Positions 12,490-24,800 of a stretch of 64,000 bases of DNA are shown in pieces (within the stretch, counting starts at the first letter, position 1; every line of letters begins with the position of its first letter). The notes under the pieces are model-generated. The model made no database searches and was not told the origin of the DNA. It worked only from the letters and a program-made list of their open reading frames with translations. A program made the translations under genes and the position numbers. The stretch is from Blasia pusilla (Eukaryota): NCBI GenBank assembly GCA_050084515.1, contig CM114271.1, forward strand, positions 29,512,001 to 29,576,000, read 5' to 3'.

Positions 12490-13230
12490 CTACCCCTCCT
12501 TAGTACATCGAGGACAAACCCACCTTCCAATAGGAACAACATCCATATGTGGAGTCAAACACATCATGTGCCAATCCCTAGAACACCGATCACACAACAA
12601 CATACATGCTGCGTTACCAACAGACCCACACAACATGCACCTCAAGCTAGCACGTATCATGGCTAAGCTTGGGTCAACAGTACAATCCACATTTGGAAGA
12701 TGACATGGCGCACAATTACGCACATGGTCCTTCCAAACAACTCCATCACAACCCTCCAACTTGAGAACTCTAGAAGCTAACACCTCTCGCACTCGTAAAA
12801 TAGTGCGGCCTACCATCACATCCAACGTTGTCGGTGCAATCTGCTGCAAATATACATAGTCCCCCACATGGAACCTACGAATAGATGGTCGATAACCTCC
12901 ATCCCGAATGGTTGCATACTGCAATGTATCCCTGTGTTGAGCAATGGCTGTTGGAATAACTCTCCGAAAGAGCTCTGCCCGCTGAGAACACACTCTCATC
13001 CGCATCTCTGGTTCATCAAGGTTCACCATCTCACTAGACTCCCGACGAATTATTGTTGGCAAGTCTGGATCTCGGCCGTATAACAGAAAATAAGATGAGA
13101 AGGAAGCCAAGGATGCTTAGCGACTGACCCTATACCCCATGGCTAACCATGGCAACTGAATATCCCAATCTCCAAGATGCCCCTTCTGTAGGCCATAATT
13201 GCGCAATGCTCTCTTCACCGTCTGAACCAC
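12490..13230 (-). pseudogene. Gypsy integrase C-terminal region ending in a PHD finger
   Basis: SSYFLLYGRDP, then FHVGDYVYL, then CMLC-x8-LLCDRCSRDWHMMCL-x10-WVCPRC, a C4HC3 PHD pattern with the conserved W. Confidence 0.9.
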
Positions 13231-13234
13231 ACGT

Positions 13235-14511
13235 TGTCGTGTCGAGAGCCTTTCTTCGAGTAAGGGCAGGCCTTCTAACTGTGGCAGACGTGGTCAATGC
13301 AAGATGAACTCTCTAAGAAGTTCTCCTTTTTTAATACAAGATTATTATGTATACTCTCCATTATCTCACAACAGGTATTACAAATGGAAGTGCCGAGGTA
13401 ATCACTTCTTTGTAACATCGAACCCCCAAATTCATAACTATAAAATCCCTATAAACTACTTTACGCTTGTACACGAGGAAGATAGCACAACTAGTGTTAA
13501 ACCCTACTTGAGCAGGCCTATTGACATCCATGGATCATTATATAAGGACATATAAAATACAATCCCATGTCCTTCCATATGTGACGATAGGAAGGATCAC
13601 GAGAGTTGGAGATTAAATGACCTGGTTAATGAACGCCTCCCCAAAGTGGTAAACTAAATAGCGAATGAACCAGTGCCTATCTACAAAGAGTATCTTGACA
13701 TGGTATGAATTGAGGAAAGGAAATCCGGGCACAACTCGTGCTCCACCCCTATCCATGTTTGATAGACATTCTCTACTCTCCTCAAGAATGGGTTTTGATG
13801 GAGTTATTCTCCCAAGAGGGGTAATCTATTTTCATTGGGAAAGTAACAAGCCAAAACATTCACTATTTTAGTATGACTACACTCCTCTAAGGTGACAAAC
13901 CTCTCATCTCCACACACATACCATACTCTAGAAATCTCTCAAAGAATAGACCATGGTCAAGCTACTCTCCCAAGAGGGATGATCCATTCTTATTGGAAGA
14001 GCAAGCAATCCCAAAGCCATACACTCAAGAGTGACACGAAAGACTCAAGATGTGGAATAAAAGATGATGAACCCTTGAAGATCCCTCCTTTTATATACTC
14101 ACAAGAGATCCACAAGAGTACGAAATAGACCTAATCTTATCTTGTGCCACATGGCTTCCTCTCAAGGCTTAGCCAATCACATTTTGACACAAGTAGATTT
14201 CCTTTTATCTCTTCCAAAATATCCTCTTTTACCCACTTGATATTTTCCAAATTACCCCAACTAACCTAGCCACCAACCAAGCTTACTTTTGCTTTTCATT
14301 AAAGCACCAACCTCACTACTTTATTTTTATAAATTCATCCTTTATTTATTACCTCTTTTCCTAAAGTTGGGCCTGCATAAAAAAGGCACCATAAAGAGGT
14401 TTAAACATGAGAATATCCTTTTCCTAAGCTAATTTACTAAATACTAATAAAATTCTATCTAACACTTAACGAGGAAGGAGTTTACACACTGGCTGATTTT
14501 ACTATACGACA
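13235..14511. mobile_element. Solo-LTR-like insertion (1277 bp) in the integrase core
   Basis: Termini TGTCGT...ACGACA with a 4-bp TSD ACGT/ACGC. Removing it restores integrase ADGLAKR|VVQTVK. Confidence 0.85.
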
Positions 14512-16813
14512 ACGCTTAGCCAAACCATCCGCCTCTGAATGATCTCGAGACGTGGTCCGATGATCAATCAACGCCTTGTCACACTAGATCTGAAATTCAC
14601 CCAAACTCAGACGTACGTCACAAAGACTCTCATTTGGTGCACCAAAATGACTAAGCACTCTATGAAGAAACGCATACGCCGTACCCTCACTTGCCTTGTC
14701 AGATAATGCCACCAACTCAATCCACTTGGAGAAGTGCTCCACCATCACCAACACATATCGATGATGTTGTACATACCAACGATAATATGATCTGCAAAGT
14801 CCACACTCCAACGGTAATCCAACCCCATAATAGGCAAGGGATGTAACTGTGGTGTAGGGGCATTGAATGATACCCTCACCGAGTCACAAACCATACAAGG
14901 TGACACCAATTGCTGCACCTGAGTATGCATGCCACGCCACCAATATTGACCAAGGAGTCATTTTGGGATAAAGCTATATGTACGCTTTACCCCAAAATGT
15001 CCCAACTCCTCATGGGTATGTCGCACAATACGTTCTCTTTGAGCCAAATGCGGCACCACACGTACTCTACCATCCTCCTACACACGGAAAATATGTGTTC
15101 CCTCCAATCGATACCTCCTAGTACGTGGAAGAATAGGATCTCGCTCCTTGGCACTCACTATGCCTGGCACCCTATTGGTCCGTAGGAACTCCAACACCAA
15201 CGCATCATCATGAATATCACGTAGATCCGTACCACCATCTCCAACCTTACGATCTGAAGGCTGACCATCTACTACCTTTTGACTAGAGTAAGATGTCATG
15301 TGGTCCTCCATACTAGAGTCCACCCCTAACCAACATAAAAAGGCACATGCATGCCAACCTGGCACCATCTCCTCATCAACCTTACCATGCCATGTAGCCC
15401 CAATTGCATCCTCTTGGCTAGTATATGGATTCCTACTCAACCCTCAGCATCAAGGTTGGCAACTCCAGGTCTATGTACCACCTGGAAGTCATACTCTTGT
15501 GAGATAAGAGCCCACCGTGCAAGCTTCCCTGTAAGCTTGTCACACTCCATCAACCACTTGAGCAGCTGGTGATCAATAACAAGGGTAAACTGTGTGCCAA
15601 AAAAATAACACCTAAAGTGTGCCACAGCCCACACTACTTCCAAGCACTCTCCCTCATATAAACTATAGCGCGACTCCGCTGCATTACTCGAATGACTTGT
15701 ATAGGCCACCACAAACTCCATGTGCTCGTCATCATGTTGTGTCAACACCGCTCCAAGTCCCAACATACTCCAATGAGTGTGCAAATGAAATGGGCACCCT
15801 CTGATAGGTCTCCTCAAGATAGGCACGGCCACCAACTAGGCCTTGAGCTCCACAAAAGCTCTCTCCTGATCATCTCCCCAGTGCCACTCCTGATCTGATT
15901 TCAGCAATTGGTTCAAAGGCTTTGCCATAGCACTAAATCCCTTTACATACCTCCGATAGTAGTTCGCCAATCCCATGAATGCCCGAACTCTACTCACATC
16001 TACCGCACAAAGAATAAGTACAATAGCCTCCACCTTTGCTTGCTGAACTCCCAAACCACTTGGATATATCACATGACCCAAGTACTCAACATCCTCATGG
16101 AAGAACTTACACTTTCCTGGATGCAAACGTAGACCATGAGCTTTCAACCGCTCAAACACAATCTGCAAATGTATCTGATGCTCCTCCACCGTGTTACTGA
16201 ACACCAAGATATCATCAATGTAACACCGAACAAAATCCAACCCTGCTAGGATCCTGTCCATCACTCTCTGAAACTCGGCAGGTGCATTCTTCAAACCAAA
16301 GGGTAAGAATTTCCATTGGTACAAACAATCCTTGCCATGAGAGTTGACACCCCAAAATGTTGTCTAAGCCTTGTCACTCTCTCAAATGGGCAACTGATGG
16401 TATCCTGCCCGGAGATCCAAAGTACTGAAAATCTTTGCCTCTCCCACCACATCAAAGATCTCCTCAGGTGTAGGCATGGCATACCTATCGGCCTTGGTTT
16501 GCCAATTGATAGGACGGTAATCTCCATACATCCACCTATCCGTGTAGTTGCCATACATATTCTTTTTAGCAGGCATGACAGTGGCTGATGCATACTCTCC
16601 ATGCGACAACTCCACTAATCCAGCCTCCAAAAGGTCCAACGTCCTACTTTGAATCAAGTCCCTCTCCATATCACTATATCGGTAAGGACGACAAAAGATT
16701 GGCATATCATTAGCCAAATCAATCCGTATACAGGGTCCAACCAAAGCACCCAACTCCTTCATGCTAAAGCAAAACAACTCCAATAAGCACGTAGGTAATA
16801 TGTCAAGCGTCAT
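14512..16813 (-). pseudogene. Gypsy RT, RNase H, integrase zinc-binding and core domains (stops and frameshifts)
   Basis: RT motifs: DYRPIN, FSTLDLRAGYHQL, LPFGLKNAP, YIDD, YLGH. RNase H: LGAVLTQ, YFFGTQFTLVIDH, HRPGVANLDA. Integrase: HEELGHFG...CMVCD, VMVEHFSKW, VLSHFGAP. Confidence 0.95.
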
Positions 16814-17028
16814 TTCTCACCTCCCGTAAGTTTGGGCCCAAGTAATGGCTCCCAAGTCTCCTCCACTGGCACACTAGAGGGAGAGGACGACGCCATTGGC
16901 TGCTATGCAATCCCCTCACAAGATGGTACACCCTTAGCTACACCATCCTCTGAGCAAATAACACCTCCACGAGCATGAGCAACCAACTCCACAAGCCCAG
17001 CCATTACATCCCATTTACTCCAAGAACC

Positions 17029-18122
17029 CTAAATACTACTCTCCTCACCCCCAGCCGATGCCACTACCATCCCGATAGCCATCGAGCTCATCATAAGGGG
17101 TGGAAGACCCACATACATAGTCCGAAGCCAATGTTGCTCGGCCATACCAAGACTCAAAATCCACGTCAAACAATTCAGGTCCATGGCCTGACCCAACACA
17201 TGACGTTGAGAAGCCTCAGAAATGGAAGCAACCATTGTCACACCAGTTGCAAATCCCATCGCACGCTCTCTCTCATCAGCGTGAGGCTCCACCAATTGTC
17301 GCTCATGAGAATCCCATACAAGCCCGGGACCACCTTCCCTATAGGCATGTGACGAGGGAAAACTCACAAATGTGGGTAGTGCCATCCTAGGCTTCCCCAC
17401 ACGGTTCACCATTGCCATGGGTGACCGATCGATAACCCTCACCACTTGAGAAAGTCGCCCACTATCCAAGATACTATCCACTGTAAAGCAAGGATCCCGC
17501 TGCATTGCATCATATGCTCGACGTAGAACCTCCCTGGGCAACAAGTTTGTCCATCACAAGCGGGGACGATGTGCACGCGAGCCAACTCGCGCTGCATCCA
17601 ACAACACCGCTGGTCCAATCCAAGACTGCACCTCATGAACACTCGCCATGATCCAGGTCTGAGTATCACCCAACAATGGAACATTCTCCAGAATGTAAGC
17701 TTGAGCACGTGCCTGATGAACGTGAAGATGTCGTAACACACGCAACATCTCCCAAAACAATCGAGACCTAGAGTCGTGTAATCCCTCACCACGACCAGCA
17801 CGTGTATGACCCTGACATGGCTATCTAGCAATCACCAAATCCACAAGACCAACCCTCTTAAGGTCCTGCGCTCCCAACAATGCAATGTGTGGGAGCGCAG
17901 GAGCGCTGATGGCGGAAACAACTCAAGATATCTCCACATCAACTGACCAATATGTCGGGATGAGACTCTCTGGGCCGTCTCATCTCGCTCCACATACACA
18001 TATCTCTGCAGAGGAATACCCGCCTGCAATACTGCAACCAAACTAGTGCTAATCCAACCAAAGAGATCTAACACACAAAGGCCCTCCGGCGGATACTGCC
18101 ATACAATGGGTGTAGTATGCAA
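17029..18122 (-). pseudogene. Cytosine-5 DNA methyltransferase domain (DNMT3-like) within pol
   Basis: Motif I VLDLFGWISTSLVAVLQAGI and motif II YVYVE. Motif IV DLVIAR*PCQG, read manually at about 17841-17809. Motif VI YILENV. Motif VIII DAARVGSRAHRPRL*WTNL. Motifs IX-X ERERAMGF...RHVLGQAM. Confidence 0.9.
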
Positions 18123-18508
18123 AGGGGATAACCCAACTGGACCAGAAGTAGGAGTCCTCCGTGGAGTCTCCTCTTCCTTGTGAGATATAACACCCTCATA
18201 CCAAGCCTCTTGAAGTAGGCGATCAGCCTCCTACCGTAGTGCACCGCCTGAACTCCAAAGTGGCACATCCGATGATGAGGATGCAAGTGCTGCAAAACTA
18301 GGGACCTCCTCTACCTCCTCATGCACATGAGAATCCATAGTAGAAAGATTACCCTCCAAAAAGTCTCCTGGCCACTAAAACCAGTCACAGATGCTAACAC
18401 TGTTGGGGAAGACCCTCCTAGCCGAGCCCCATAAATAAATCTCACAGGAACCTGACTCATATGTCGATCCCCAGACTGCCAACCAGGTCTATAAGATGCT
18501 GTCTCACT

Positions 18509-18823
18509 CTAGTAGTCCATATGAAAACCCATCGGGTATAATACTGCTCCTCCAACTAGTACATCATACGACTCGGCCGATGTGACCATTGCAGGTACTC
18601 CCAACCGGGAGCTATCAGTTGCATGATCTGGTCTCAACTGTACAGACAACTTCTCCCATGTCATGAATTGAGACCTATCATTGGCTCCTCCAAGTGATGT
18701 TTGAATCTGGAATGGGCAAGGCTCAAGCTCTGACCTCCGAATACCCAAACCAATGCATGCCGCCTTTCCCAACATCAAAGGTTGGGCACCAGAGTCTAAC
18801 AAGACTCTATCTGGTCTATACAT
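18509..18823 (-). pseudogene. Retropepsin-type aspartic protease
   Basis: VLLDSGAQ catalytic motif and a downstream YDVLVGG motif. Same frame as RT. Confidence 0.88.
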
Positions 18824-19322
18824 CTATCTTGTAGGACTCACCAATCGGAATATCCCACTGTGGTTGTCCAACATACATACACGAGGTGTAAGCCTCTCAC
18901 GATCAATGGCTGGCCGGGCTGCTAATGCATCCATCTTCGCCGCTGCTGCCTGCCAAGTAGCACTGGTACTCAATGCTACACCTGACATAGAGGTGCTCCA
19001 CTGCAACACCTTCATCCACCTCAGCAGGTGTAGCAATAACACCCCCACGTTCACACAGCGTGGCTGCTAGCTGAAAAATAGGAGCTAAGTCAACTCCTAA
19101 AGCCATCAGCTCCGTAGCTGAAAAAAATGGGGATCCCAACAGTGAAGTTGCCATCCGCAATACTGCACTGGATGTTGCATCCGTGTCTACTACACGCAAT
19201 GTAGATGCCTTAGTCCCCACAGTAGGCTCAATAGGCTGCGTAGGAACCATGGATGGAATCCTAAGCACCTCAGACAACAAGAATGACTAGGGAAGCCTAG
19301 CCTTCCTCCCAACCTCACCCCT

Positions 19323-20950
19323 CTATGGGTCCAACTCCACAGTAGCACCACATGGTTGTGACGCTCGAGTGGCTCCTCTTGTAACTGCTCTTGATGCCTC
19401 AACCTGTGCTGCACTCACCATATAAGAGAGATCATCCCCTCCATAAGAGGTGGAAGCCCTTGCTCCCGAACCTGCTCTATGCTCGATACCAGCCATAGTA
19501 GCCAACCTCTGCTCCAACTGCTCAATCGTGGCAGCAATACCTGACTCTATCATAGTGGTAGGGGCATCCACCGTAGGCTCTCTAACTGCTGATCCACCTC
19601 TACCACCTCAGCCTCTCGGAGCTACTCCACCACAACCGCGGCCTGATCTCAACTCTGGATGAAGATCAATGCAACGCTCTCAAGGATGACCTGGTCTTCC
19701 ACAATGATCTCACTAAGTTGGGGCTGATTGAGGTCCATCCTCCAAAGTCCGTCCCCCATCCTCTTGGGGAAAAAACCTCCTAACATGATCACCTCCACAT
19801 GTCCAACATGATTGTCCTTGCTGCGGGGCAGCAAATGAAGGCAATGGTCTCTGCGCAAGTGTCCCTCTAGGATCTAATTGAGGTCGTGTGTACCCCCCAT
19901 AACTCCCACTACTACTACCGCCACCACCACTACGAGACTGTGAGGTGGACTACTAAACACGAGAAGTAGTAGTTGTATCCCTACTGTATGCGGATGTCAC
20001 CACCCTCTCCTCCACCATATTAAACTCAATCTTCTCAAATAGAGCAAACATATGGGCCAATGTGGGTGAATCATCACTCATAAGAGTAGCATCACGTACC
20101 CTACGACGCAACTCTCTGTCCAAGATCCCATACCAAAATTGGACTGCCTAAGCCTCATTCACACCCTGGGTAACTGAAATCAAGCGTCGCATACGAGTGT
20201 ATGCCTCACGAAGACTCTCACTAGTCTTTCGCTCAAATTCCTTAAGACTCCTCAACTTCTCTGTCTTCACCCCTTGATAGTTCTTCTTCAACCTCTTGAA
20301 GAACTCTGCAACCGGGCTAAACGATGGTGGGGCACTAGTACCTCCACTAGTATCCCCACTGGTACCTCCATTGGTACCCCCACTCCGGCTCGTACTCGCA
20401 CCACTTAACATCGGGCTAGCTAACAGAGTAAGAGCACTACTACCAATACCACCATGGGTGATAGACACATAGCTTGGAGACCAATCTTGTCTCCATGCCT
20501 CAATCTCAGCAACATGGTCCCTCCTAAACTCATGGTAATCATCCATGGGTGGTCCCTCCAAGTGCTGAAAGAACCCCTTCCAAGCCAAGAAGGGTGTAAA
20601 CAATGTGGCATTCCGCAACATCTGCATATCACACCACATATCAAACTCCTAAATGAATTCCTCCAACTCAATGGTGCCCACTGCACCCGAGTATTGTTGT
20701 GAGCCCTTCATGGCCCCATACATCCCGTCCATGTCCCAAATCAATGGAGTTGCAACACTCGATAACAACGTAGAAGACTCGGTATTTGGAACACCCTCGT
20801 CCTCCTCTTCATCAACCGTCGGAAGTGGAAAAGGTAGCCGATACCTCAATCCACTTCGTGTAAAACCACCAGTGTCCGTACCACGGTCGCCAGCCAGACC
20901 ACCAAACAGCTCCGTGATGACCAACGCCGATGCCGCACCACCACCAAATC
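19323..20950 (-). pseudogene. gag of the Gypsy-like element
   Basis: Capsid-like EFFKRLKKNY...LKEFERKTSESLREAYTRMRRL. CCHC remnants CWTCGGDH and HCGRPGHP*ERC at about 19670-19810. Confidence 0.75.
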
Positions 20951-21811
20951 AAGTGACGTCGATGTCGCTGTACTATTCTAGCTCTACTTGCTATGGGTGT
21001 GAGCAACCTAACCTATCATCACCACAAGAAGCCTCCCACGGTCTACTGGTCATCACTCTAGCCTCACTACCGATAGCACACAGGAGTAAAACTACTCTGG
21101 AAATCAGCGTAAGCCCTAACAATGGGCGCGCAAGCAAGAAGCAATGATGGAGGGGGTCCAAACACAGGAAGTCCAACGACAACCCTCCAATCGCAAATGG
21201 AAGTACAAAGCGGAAATCAAAGTAACACAATCCACCAAACGTGGCGCCCCCTGAATCTACAAAAACAACCACACAATTCTAACGCAATAGTCACTCCGCC
21301 GGTGGTCGATGACGTGCAAGTCGCACTCGCAGCACCTGAAAATGTCACCTGCATGGAGAGGCCACACTGTACTATGCACTAGAGGTCCATCAACCAAAAA
21401 CCCGAGATGTATAAAAGCGCCTAACGCATATCCAAATAACACCAAATGAACTACACGAGTGTGTACATTGGCATAGTTAAGTACTTAGCAGTTAAGTACT
21501 CAGCAGTTAAGCGTCTTCCAGGCAGAATAGCCCAAAGATGGGTGACCAGTTATGCAACACTCAACTCACAAATAGGGTAGGGGCAAATTTTTTCTATTAA
21601 TAGAAATGAAGAAAAATAGGTAAAAACCCTAGTTTTCTCGAGTAGTCAAATAGTCGGGAGCCGCAGCAGTAGCCCATTCTTGTATGTCGAGTTATCTCCC
21701 AGTTTAGGTTCCATCGAAGCTCTTCTGTGAGCGCACGGACGGACTAGGCCTCTTTGTATCTCTAAGTTTTGTAAAGATTTCAGTGATTTCGTCACTTTCT
21801 GTTTTCTCACA

Positions 21812-21823
21812 TGGTATCAGAGC
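21812..21823 (+). promoter_or_regulatory. Primer-binding site complementary to the initiator tRNA-Met 3' end
   Basis: TGGTATCAGAGC directly follows the LTR end ...ctcaCA. Confidence 0.92.
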
Positions 21824-21883
21824 AGTAGGTTTTCCAGTATTTTGTATCTGGCGATCTAGTGTGTTTGCACAAAATCTTGAGAG

Positions 21884-24800
21884 ATGGCTACCTCTTCGTC
21901 ACTTCGTGCTCGCCCTCCTCCGCTGGGTGAAGGGAAGTTAGATGGATCTAACTATACGTTGTGGAAGTTCAAAATGAGAACTGTTCTCGAATCATTTGAG
22001 ATCTGGGAAACGGCCACAGGGGTCGATTCAAATCCACGAGCTAGTGTGAGTTCTGCATGTTCATCTTCATCTGGGGACATCGATCTTCTTGTATTATTGG
22101 CATGGAGACGCAGAAATGCTGATGGTCTATATGCGATTGTCACAAATGTAACTGATTCTATCATGACTCTCATTCAACATACAACCACTGCTGCTGAGGC
22201 GTGGAACATTTTGAAGAATCAGTATGAAACAAGGAATGAGACTCGGATTCAGAATCTGGAGAATCAGCTTACGTCCGAGAAATTTTCAGAAGGAGAAAGC
22301 GCGGAGCAATTTTTGACAAGGATCAAGAATCTTCAAGATCACATGGCGTCCGTGGGAATTTCAAAGTCTAGCGAAGATTTGGCATGTCGGTGCATAAGGA
22401 TTTTGCCTCCAAGGTATGACAGTTTGGTCACTGCACTGAATACTCAAGTAAGACCCACGCCGCTTACTTCTGAACAATTTAGTGCAATGTTGGTAGAAGA
22501 GGAAATGCGCTTCAAAGCAAGAGAGGGAAGTGACGCAGCATTTACTGCCAACGTACAGAGAGGTAGAAATCAGGATTACAGTTCAAATGTCAAGAAGAAA
22601 TTTCCAAGAAAAACCTTCAAATGATTTTATTGTGGTAAGCTAGGTCATCTTATCAAAGATTGTAGGAAGAGGAGTCAGGATGAGAAGAACGGTTGTTTAA
22701 GACCTAAGAAGGAGTCTGGAAAGTGAGAAGGGGGAGAACATGAAGTAGATGCTTGGGTAGCAATAGAAGAGTTTTGCACACAGGCAGAACATTCCACTAA
22801 GACAAAGAGTGAAGATGCATGGGTGCTCGATAGTGGAGCGTCTAGGCATATGACCAATCATAAGGATTGGTATAGCTCCTTACAGCCTCTACAGGAGCCC
22901 ATCGTTGTTACTGTTGGGAATAATGCAAAATGCCCTGTAGAAGGGAAAGGCACAATTTCTTTAGTCTCACAAAAGGAGATGAAAAGAAGTTAACTGATGT
23001 CTTTGTGACGTACCCGAGTTGAAGCGAAATTTGATTTCAAAGTGGTGATTATATGATCGTGACCTAGAAGTTCGTTTCAAGAAAATCGAGCGATCATTGA
23101 GGATGCCAATGGGAAAGTAGTGGGTGAAGGTATACGACATGGAAATATCTACGAGTTGTATGCTTTCACGACAAGTGTAGGTACAGATCTTAGTAGCGAT
23201 GTAAGTTGTGGCATGAAAGATTTGGTCACCTAAGCTTTCCCTTACTAAGTCGATGCAGAGAAATGGCATGGTTCTTTGATTTACCAACAATTTCGGAGTG
23301 TCGGATACTTGTGAAGCTTGTATGATGGGCAAGCAACACCGACAACCATTTCCACAAGAGTCCAGAAATAGGGCAAAGGCTCCTCTAGAGTTGATACATG
23401 CTGACCTCTGTGGTAAAATGAGAACAATGGCATTAGGTGGTTCTTCCTACTTCTTTTTAGTTGTCGAAGATTATAGTAGGAAGATGTGGGTGTATTTCCT
23501 TCGTGATAAGGCAAGTGCTTTTGGAAAATTTAAAGTATGGCACAAGCTGGTTGAGAATGAGACATGAAAGAAGGTACAAAAGCTTCGCACCGATCGAGGA
23601 GGAGAATTCTTATCAACAGAATTCAACAAATATTTGGGAGAGCATGGAATCAAGGGATAGTTAACCACGGCACATACACCACAACAAAATGGAGTTGTTG
23701 AGCGTCGAAACCGTACAGTGGTGGAGATGGCAAGATGTATGATGAAAGCAAAAGGTTTTGAAGGATTTTGGGTGAAGTCGCATTATCTTGCCGTATACAT
23801 TCTAAATAGAAGTGCTACCAAGTCAGTGCAAGGCATGACTCCTCATCAATCATACTCACGTAAGGTACCATCAGTCCAACATTTCAGGACTTTTGGTAGT
23901 GAGTGTTTTGTACATATTCCTGAAGCATCGAGGACCAAGTTGGAGTCCAAGAGCAGGAAGTGCATCTTTATGGGATACAGTGATGAGTCTAAAGCTTATC
24001 GCGTTTGGTGTCCTGAGGAAAAGAAGATGCTTGTGAGTCGTGACGTGGTGTTCCAGGAACAGCCTCGTCAAGTGGCGGATATCAATGGTCCGTCCACATT
24101 ATCATCAAACGAAGAGATAACCCACCAGAGCACACCACAGATGTTTACACCAGATCATCAAGAAGAAGAATTTGGTGATGATTACAAAGAGCAACCTTCT
24201 CTTCCACTACGGTCGTCATACCCTAAGTGGATAAAGCAGCTCTTGGATGGTAAGGATCCACCAGCAACTGATGAAGTTGTTACACATCCAAGGAGATCCA
24301 AGAGACTAGAGGAGCAGAATAGAGCTTCCGCACATCTCGTCAACATGGCCCTGATGACAGAGGTCTTGAAGGTGGAAGAGCCATCATGCTTGGATGAGGC
24401 CCTCGCTCATCCTCAATGGAGAGAGGCCATGCAGACGGAGATGGACGCTATTCAGAGAAATGAAACTTGGACTTTGGTTGAAAAGCCAGAGGACAAGAAG
24501 ATAATACGCACCAAGTGGGTGTACAAGACCAAGTACAAGTCGGACGGTACATTGGATAAATTCAAAGCGAGGTTGGTCGCACAAGGATGCTCACAAATCG
24601 AAGGCTTTGACTACTATGAGACTTTTGCTCCCACTGCAAGGATGACAACCATTCGAATTGTTCTAGCGGTTGCAGGAACAAGACGTTGGCCTGTATACCA
24701 ATACGATGTGAAGTCTGCTTTTCTGAATGGGAGTCTCAAGGAGGAGGTATATGTTTCTCAACCACCAGGTTTTGAGACACCCGGATCAGAAGAGAAAGTT

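Noticed and set aside
20653-21147. 164-aa plus-strand ORF antisense to gag
   Set aside because: Low-complexity S/P/T-rich shadow of the GC-rich gag start, with no domain signal.
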